A DNA stretch of 64,000 nt. Origin: Chrysomallon squamiferum (Eukaryota; Animalia; Mollusca). This document shows positions 55,152 through 64,000 of the stretch, piece after piece. Below the pieces are notes generated by a model that saw only the letters and a program-made list of their open reading frames with translations, did no database searches and was not told where the DNA came from. Each line of letters starts with the position of its first letter. Position 1 is the stretch's first letter. The DNA is taken from positions 3,224,001-3,288,000 of the forward strand of contig CM022671.1 in the NCBI GenBank assembly GCA_012295275.1, read 5' to 3'. Both the position numbers and the translations under genes were made by a program.

Positions 55152-58100
55152 TATTTTAAAATGACAGATACACTGAGATAGAGATGAAAAGGCCATTTAA
55201 AATACATAATTATCTATAATTTGTGTAAGTTCAAATAAAGAAGAAAAACAATGTTATTTTTATATATATAATTTATTTGACAGGTATGAAAATGTCAATA
55301 TTGTAAGAACATTACGAGATGCAGACGAAGATATGTCATATCAAACTAATACTACAATAAGTACAAAACACCCAATCATAAAGCAAACAGAACACTTTCA
55401 TAATTTCTCACAGTAAAACTAACACCAGATTTCCACCATAAACTTCTTGTAAGGCAAAAAAAAAAAAATATATATCTTCAATTACATTCTGGAATTTTTG
55501 TGAGGTTTGCATGAATTTTTACATACCCTTAATTTTAAATGGATTTGGTACACAGAACTGGGAAAAGGCATAAGAATAATTTTAATTCCTTAGCATGTGT
55601 TTTACACTTGAATGCACATTACCATAACCCAAGGTATAAAATAAATAAATTTTAGATACTGGAGTGGTGGAAACCTAACACACAGGTTTAACAATCTGTC
55701 ACAACCTTTTAGCTCATGAAGATCACTGAAAAAAACATGCATGCATCAAAACATGTTCTGAGGTATGAAGTTATGGAAATAATGATACAAAATATATTTT
55801 TTTAACAGTATGGAAGCCTTCAGACTACATCATGGCTGATAACAAGAATGAAACCAAATGATTATCGTATCAGTTATTCTCAGTGTTGCATTATTTTAAA
55901 ACCTTTTCTCAAACTGATTCATACCATCTTAACTCGCAGAGAGACACATTTTAATGACAGCATTTACAGGTATTAGGAAAAAAGTACAAAAATAACTTTT
56001 TATCAATAGTAACACAAAAAATTTTTAAAAATTTTAAAAATTATTAAAAAAAAATTTGTAAGTTTACAGTTAACAATATCATACATAAATGAAATTATAG
56101 TTTCTACATGTAGTAGTTGGCACATATTAGTTTATGAAACATGATACAACATTTCAGTTTGATACTGTTATGAGATTACAACCTACATTATTTCAGTGGA
56201 CTAGGTACTGCTATTTATGATACATCACAAATGTTTGTCATATCAACATGACTAGCTAACTAACTGTAACATTTCAGTAAAAACTGCCAAACTAGCAGAA
56301 CGACAGTATCATCCTACCAGCAATGACAAACTCACATTAATCACAGCAGGTTTTATTTGTAAAATAAAGTCTGGCTTTCTTTTTATTTGTGCTGAATATT
56401 AAAAAAAAATAAAAAAATCTTGATACAGTCTATAAAGTAAACACTTTTGATTCTGCGATTTCAGAGGTATTTTGTATTTCAGAAGACAGCATGATTTGTT
56501 TCCATTATAGATAAAAAAAAATACAAGTGAAAAAACAAATTCATATCGGAAGCATATGAATGGAAAAAAAAAAAAAATCAAGACTAGACTATATATACTA
56601 AATACAAGTGGTCATGGTTTGCACTTAATGTATACTCTTTTGGTGCAGATGAATAGTCTAACATTTTGTGTATTCTCCAAATAACTGTTTTTATTACAGG
56701 ACCAAACCTTTTCTAATGATACTTAAAATGTTACATTTTATAGAGAAATGTTTAAATCAAATAATTTAAATAAATAAATAATTTTACAAAGAAATGTTTA
56801 AATCAAATATTAATTTAAATAAATAAATAAATAATCTGATAAAGTAACAGAAAATACCTTTATTTGAGATTTATTTGCCATTTTATTTTATGTACATGAA
56901 CACATTAAAGGTAAATTTACATTATTTTTATTATTATATTTTATATATATATATATATTTTTTTTTTAATTGTGTTTGTAAAAACAGATATTACATGAAC
57001 AGAAAGTTGCCCTTACCATGATTCTGGTCAGGCTTTTCATATTATATTTTATTATTAATAAAGGTTGGCCTCCAAAAAACAGTTACCAGGATGTATATAT
57101 AAAAAAAAATCTACTTCACTATTTGTTAGCACCAGCATAGATACATTTTAGAAAAACTGCATTCACATATACTTTTAAATTTAATAAGAACAAAAAATTA
57201 AAAGCTATGTTATTTTAGTCATGGTTTACAGTATTCAAAAATAATATAAAAAATGAAAAAAAAAACAGCTGATGAGCTGTCTTATGGCAAGATTATCAAG
57301 TAGAAGAAGTGGTAAAAGCAATCTGGATGAAAAAATTTGATTTATGCTAATGATTATGTAACTGAATGAGTAACACATTAACATCGTTATACAATTATTT
57401 GTAATTCTAAGTACTGTTTGGGACTGCAGATAATGGATTAATATTTAGAATGGATAGTTCACTTTGTCAATTAACATTTTAAGTCCAAACATGTTTTATT
57501 AAAATTGGAAAAATTCTCATATTTCCTAAATTAAAATATGCTTAAAAAAAATTAATAATTCCAAGAATTAATTAAAAAGTAAGAAGTATTAAATGTTCAT
57601 GTTCTACAGACTGAAATGCTTTACTGCTCAAAACATTTGTGAATTGACTTAGGATGCCAGTTTAGTGATCCTGACATTTGTTTTAACTCAGTAAATACTA
57701 GTAACAGAAAATAGTGACCTGTATTTTAAAAACAGAAAAAACAAATTATGATTTAATTATTTTAGTTGTCACAAAACAATAATGCAAACAAAATAAATCA
57801 CACATTAAAAAAACCAAAATCAGATTACACTAAATTTTACTACTGGCCTTAAACAATATTGACTGAAAAAAAATAAAAAGACAAAACAAAAGAAACAAAA
57901 CAACACTGGAACTCAATTTTTCACCAATTCTTAAAAACCTGACAATGACCACAACTTAGTTAATAATTTTCTGCATTACATGAAATAAAATAATCACACT
58001 AACATCAAAATTCAAAGACAGATATCTAGAACATGCAATATTACATGGAATAAGATATATATATATATATATTAATACTTCAGTGGTTGAGGACTATTAA

Positions 58101-59064
58101 GTAAAGAAGTTACAAAATAAGTAACTAAGTACATGAAACAAAACTGTGAACTTGTGGTAAATGTATGTAATGATATATTTTAAAATCAAACTAAAAAAAT
58201 AAATATTATCACAAATGCTGAAAATACTTGGAAACTGAAGGAAAAAAAGTAATATGCAGATTTTTGTATGAAAAAAGAAAACAAAAAATGAAAAAAAAAA
58301 AAAAACCACTGCAAAAACCAAAAGAAAAATGAACAACTGCTTTCAAAGAATAAAAATAATGTATCAAAAGAAAGTTACATTCTTGCAACCTTTCTTTTCA
58401 ATGTCTAATGTAGAAAACAAAATAAGTGCACTTAAATTGACTTGGCTTTACAATACACATAAATTAATCTTTTACACGCTTGGAGTCAGAAAAGAAAAAT
58501 AGTAAAGTTTGTTTTTAACATTAAATATACTGGCAAAGTTTAAAAGCTTTGAATTAACATGGATATCCTTCAGCAACTTAAACTTATTGTGGTGACTCTT
58601 TCAGACTTCCAATGCCACAATTAATTCAGTATGGTTTCTTCAGTGGGTTCATCAGCTACAAAAACATTGTTCCTTTTCAATATTTAATCAGTATGGTTAC
58701 ATTTAAAGAGCTCAATCATACAGACTACACACTAACTACTCTTTGGCATGGTTACAGTAACAACTAAATTTTTGTCATTACTCTTCAATATGGTTGTAAT
58801 TTAATAGCTTTATCTATGAGCAGACATTCACCCGGTTACCCTCCGGTGGATACAGTTTACTAACTGAAATGGTAAATACCACTGTGGTTATTTTGTAGCA
58901 TGGTTTTTAACTAATAATTTAAACAGGTGGTCATTCTTTAGCATGGCATCTGAAACAAAACATTTCATTGTGGTATACTGTTACTATTTAGCATGATAAA
59001 GGTGAAGGTAGTTTACACAAGTAATTGAAATGGTGTGGTTACTCTTTAGCATGGTTATAGTCCT

Positions 59065-62000
59065 CTAACAGCAACTGAAATCCCACAGTTTAACAGTTTT
59101 GTCATAAGATCCTGACACAATGATAAAATCATTAAACTGAAGACAAGTGACGCCATCTTTATGGTTTTGAAGAGTTACCAGCCTTTGACACGTTTCTAAA
59201 TTCCAAACCTGGAAAATAAAACATTTCAATGAAGTTAAAACAATAATCAGTATAATTTATTGTGAATCGTGTGAAGAAAATAATTATATTAACAAATGCT
59301 AATATGAACTAATTCCTATTTTATTGACTAAGTTACTGTATCTGTGAGAGTTTCTTATATTCCTCTGTATTTCTGACAAAACAAGGTTAGTTATTATCAC
59401 ACTTTATTAGTAATACAGATTAGTTGTAAGTAACAAAACAATACAAAAATTACATGGATAAATAACAAAATCTCTTAAGTTAATGTTGATACCACAATCA
59501 AAGGTACATTCCATTTAATTTTGCTGTCTTTGGAAACAAAATAGTAAAATCTGAGATTTTGGTAGAAAAAAGTAAAAATATCAATTTACTTTGATTGTTT
59601 TGTCATCAGCTGCACTAACCAGTCTCCAACCATCTGCCTGCAAGCACCTGTAGATTTATCAAACACATTTTAGTAAAAAATAAAAACTGTTAAATGCTTA
59701 ATCATGCCTGTAGATTTATCAAACACATTTTAGTAAAAAATAAAAACTGTTTAATATTTATGATGCCACTATACTACAGTAATTAACAGTGCCACATAAT
59801 TTTATATTCATATGCTATTATATACAGCCTATACAAAAGGTTTCAGCACACTACTAACCTTACAACTCCAGTGTGACCCTCGGCTGCCTTCCAGTCTATA
59901 GTGTTGACACACTCCCCAGTGTGAATATCCCAGAACTTGAGGTTACAGTCAAGTGAGCCACTCACAATTCTTGTAGAGTCAAACTGCAGACATGTGACTG
60001 CATCCTGGTGACCTGACAGAGTTCTGATACACACACCTTCGTAGTTCCATACCTATAATACACATCAGTTATTAATACACATCTGAAAATATACTTTTAT
60101 AATTTTCATAATTCCATACCTGAAATATATATCAGTTATAAAATAGACAGCTGGAAATATACTTTTAAAATATATAATTTTCATAATTCCATACCTAAAA
60201 TATGTATATCAGTTATAAAACAAATTTGTGAAAATATACTTTTATAATACCAAACATTCATAATTCATCCCTGAAAACAATTTATAACATGTACTTTCTT
60301 AATTCCATATTTGATATCATTTATCATTCTTGACCCAAACCTGAAGACATATATTACAGGTAAACTACACATTCATAATCTCAAACAAAATTGAAGAGAT
60401 TAAAAATAGAAATAAATAAAGATTTCGACTCTAACCTTTATAGTGTTGTCACAGGAACCTGACACAATCTTTGTTTCGTTAAAATGAACACACAATACAG
60501 CAGCCTGATGACCTCTGAAAAATGTTTAAAAATTTCTTTTATGTTTTTAAATACGTTATCTAAGCACTTTAAAAATACCTCCATTAAATTTTAAATATGT
60601 TTTGGAAATAGATATATATTTATTATCAATATAATTTCAAAATACTTTAAGTAACTTTTTTTTTTTTTTTTTAAATTTATACTTAACAAATATACTCTGA
60701 ATGAAAAAAGAGTAAACAATTATTTCTAATTATAAAGATATTAATGATTTTATTTTTTTAAATTTATTTATTAAACAAATATATAGAAAATATATACATC
60801 CATACAATCACACACACACACACACACACACACAGATATAAAAATTTATATATTGTCTCACAAATATATTCACAAAAATATTCAGCACACACAAACCCTA
60901 TCATTCCAACTTAAACATTCAAACACACATCCATCCATCCACTCACAAACATCTGTCCCATTCCCATACACAACACTCTGTGTACGTTCGTATTTCATAC
61001 CTGAGAGTCATTCGACAATGTCCAGTTCTCAGATCCCACAGTTTTAATGTTCTATCATAAGATCCACTTATCACCTTATCATCATCCACCTAAAAAAAGA
61101 AAAACCCAGAAATTGTGAAACATTAAACATATTTTCCCAACAAGAATAAGATAGGTAGTTCAGGTTATTTTTAAACAGTTATAAAAATATGTAATTGTGC
61201 AAATGTGACCTGTCACTATTAGCTAACCTGTAAACATTGACCTATCAATGTGAATTAATATGTAAACAGTCACCAGTGAGTATGACCTATTATTATTAAT
61301 TAACCTGTACACAGTGACCTATTGGTGTTAACTAATATGTAAACAGTCAACATTTTGAGTGTGATCTATTATTATTACTTAACCTGTAAACATTGACCTA
61401 TCAGTGTTTACTAATTAATAAACAGTGAACTCTATCAGTGTTTAATAATAAGTAATCAGTGACCTATCACTGTTAACTAACCTGTAAACAGTGACCTATC
61501 ACTGATAACTAACCTGTAAACAGCGAACTGTGTGAGTGTGACCTATCATTGTCACTTTACAGGCAATACTTGACCAACTGTCTTGTGTTGAAAGATCCCA
61601 AACCTGTACAAAATAAAACATTAATTTATGAAAATAAAATAAAAATAATAATTTTTAGAATCTTTGCCTGCAAATTAAGGTACAGTAAAAAAATGTTGAG
61701 ATTTCATCAATCACATGTAAGATTTTTTTTCATACATAAAAATAAAATAACTGACAAAAACAGGATAAGTTTTATTTCATTACCTTAATGGTGCGGTCAC
61801 TTGATCCACTCACTAGTCTGTTTCCCTCCAGATGGAGACATCGTACTGTGTTACTGTGACCTACCAATGTCTGAACTGACCATGGGGCATTTGTGCGGAT
61901 ATTCCATACCTAAACAAATTTATTTATATTTCTAAAAGAATATGATAACTGAATATATATATAAATATGATGTGTTTTTCAAGCTTTCGAGAAGACATTA

Positions 62001-63965
62001 TAAATACTGGAAGGTAGGCAGACTGGCAAATAGGTGCATAGGTGTGTGTATGTTTGTAGCTAGGTAAACAATTAAGTATATATGTGTATGCATTTAATGA
62101 TGTATGTATTTTTGTAAATATGTATGTATGTATGTATGTATATGAGTTTATGCATGTAAATAATTACATACCATAAGTTTAAAAAGTCCAGGTCTAAGTA
62201 CCATTGTTTTTGGTAAAAAGCCAAACCTTTCTATGTTTTAAGTAATTACTCTCTACCTTTGTGAAAGAACCTTTCAAATCAATTCAATAGTAAATAGCCT
62301 GATATTTAATACACCTCAAACAACAAATATTTATATTATTTGATAATGATTTTTCCAATCTTCACTTAAAGGCATAAATTAACTCCCTTCAATCCTGTTT
62401 CTTAGATTACTTACAAATAACATTGATGCAGTCTGACTGATGTTTAAAAGGGTTAATCAAACTAAAACAATCAAATCTGATAATGTTGATATCAACAAAA
62501 CATATGATAGTGAAAATAATATTTCTGTATTACCTTGATTGTTTTATCTGATGATCCACTGACTATTCGGGTGTCATCAAACTGAACACAGGAAATACCT
62601 GAAAGTTTAAAACAATCAGGATTAATTTCAAACAACTGCAATAACTAAATAAAACACATTTGACGTATGTTAAATATAATCTGTTATGAGAATATACCTA
62701 TTTCACATCTAATAATATTAATAAAAATATAATTAAGCAATTTTGTTTTTTAATTTGTATTTTAAAACTTACCTTGAGTGTGACCTTCAAATGTCCTAAC
62801 AGTGCATCGCCCTCGAAGCCAGTTATTTCGAAGTCGAAATCTTTCAGCAAAAACATTTTTCCACTAAAACATAAATATTTATTAATATGATTCTTTCAAT
62901 ATTACATTCCTTCAAACAATGTTATTAGACAGATTTCCTTTCTATAATAATATCTTCTTAAATAACTGTGTTTATAAATGTACATGTATGCTCTCTGTCA
63001 CTGAAATTGAATTATAAAAGTAAATTTAATAATAGCTATCTTGCAATGGCATTTGGCTCGTAACTCACTTGTGTTTCATCTTCTGGGTTCAAATTATTAT
63101 AATAATTCAAATGATCAAATGACCTGTACTCTTTCAATCGACAACTGAAGATGTTATCAATAGCAAACAAAAAATATAATTAAATTTTTTTTTAAAATAC
63201 AATTTAGAAGTATGGAATATGGAATTCATTTATGCTGTTTGTTAACACAAGACTTTTATGTTAGTTTGCTATTTGGATCTCTTTTTGTAAATATAAACTT
63301 GCCTGAATGCTTCCTTCTAGTGACATGTGACTGATAACTTGCTTGTGTTCTGCAGCTTTTGACAATCTCCATTTTTGCTGGCAACAAAACCGTCGCCATA
63401 GTGACGGATCACTAGCTAGCAGTTGCCACATTTTGCATACCTGTGCAGCCCGACACAAACTAACTGTTAAAAAAAAAAAAAAAAATTTAAATTATATTTA
63501 CTTACATAAGAGAGACTCTACTAAGTTAACAATAAGCATGATACTGTAATTTTATAATACAAAGGGTAACATTTTATTAACTTTACAATTATTTTATGTA
63601 TCCTGTACAGCTTTAATTACTCTATAATCCAAAAAAAAAAAAAAAAAAAAAAAATAATAATAATAATAATAAAAAAAAAAATAAATATTATTATTTAAAA
63701 AATAATTAACCTATAAATCAAGACATATTTAATGTTTTAAGCCAGTATTACGACAAAGAATGAAAACTCTAAAATTATAAATATTTAAAATAAAGCATGC
63801 ACAGTGTTTGGTAATTCACCAGGATCAAGGTAATCCATGATTTTGGCAGCGAGTGTGGCTGGAAGCCATGTAACAATGTCCTGGCAGTTTGGAGGACAAC
63901 CGCGATGAAGGTTTGCCTCCATTTTCACAGACAACAAATGAATCTGAGGCAAGTCACAGCCGCTC
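59065..63965 (-). CDS. F-box/WD40-repeat protein (FBXW7/beta-TrCP/Met30-like SCF substrate receptor); 5' end lies outside the window
   Basis: Approximate exons: 63821-63965, 63303-63463, 62772-62863, 62534-62597, 61784-61908, 61513-61593, 61001-61068, 60436-60513, 59858-60053, 59590-59647, 59065-59208. F-box DIVTWLPATLAAKIMDYLDPVSLCRAAQVCKMWQLLASDPSLW, linker WKNVFAERFRLRNNWLRG, and seven WD40 repeats (GH...CLQFD..RIVSGS.D.TIK.W) ending WDFSCC*. Confidence 0.92.
59646..59752. repeat. 60-bp-period tandem duplication including a 3' splice site of the F-box gene
   Basis: cctgtagatttatcaaacacattttagtaaaaaataaaaactgtt at 59647 and 59707. Confidence 0.95.
61200..61525. repeat. Degenerate minisatellite derived from an exon 3' end and splice donor of the F-box gene
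   Basis: Multiple copies of (t)aacctgtaaacagtgacctatca...; on the minus strand this reads ...tgataggtcactgtttacag|gtt(a), matching the real exon end tgataggtcac...tgtttacag|gttagt. Confidence 0.85.
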
Positions 63966-64000
63966 TGAAGTCAAACAAACATGTAATTAATAAAACTCTG

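Noticed and set aside
1-64000. CRISPR arrays, rRNA/tRNA genes, prokaryotic operons or defence systems
   Set aside because: The window is spliceosomal-intron-containing animal DNA. The tandem repeats lack unique spacers, and I saw no tRNA or rRNA signatures.

Overview
This is AT-rich, intron-rich eukaryotic DNA from an invertebrate animal (probably a lophotrochozoan such as a mollusc; this is an inference). It is gene-dense, with eight protein-coding genes reconstructed by hand from splice signals and homology recalled from memory: NOL8 (-) head-to-head with CENPP (+); an unnamed modular chromatin/transcription-factor gene (+); TRMT10C (-) head-to-head with TXNL4B (+); ATRIP (-) head-to-head with NDUFB11 (+); and a 5'-truncated F-box/WD40 gene (-). 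The most notable locus is the unnamed gene (about 22.1-35.6 kb). Four shared 5' exons, the first carrying a ZNF692/ZNF653-like N-terminal motif, can splice in phase 2 to either of two alternative terminal exons. One encodes seven Pipsqueak-type HTH repeats; the other encodes a divergent MADS-box-like segment plus a PHD finger. This resembles the lola/mod(mdg4) swappable-DNA-binding-domain design but has no BTB domain. Other points: an apparently obligatory GA-AG intron in the spliceosomal gene TXNL4B, the same head-to-head NOL8/CENPP pairing as in vertebrates, two GC-AG introns, a Tigger4/MER46-like and a pogo-like MITE, several tandem duplications anchored on splice junctions, and two single-A frameshifts that are probably assembly errors. 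Exon coordinates were counted manually and may be off by a few bases. No database searches were run.
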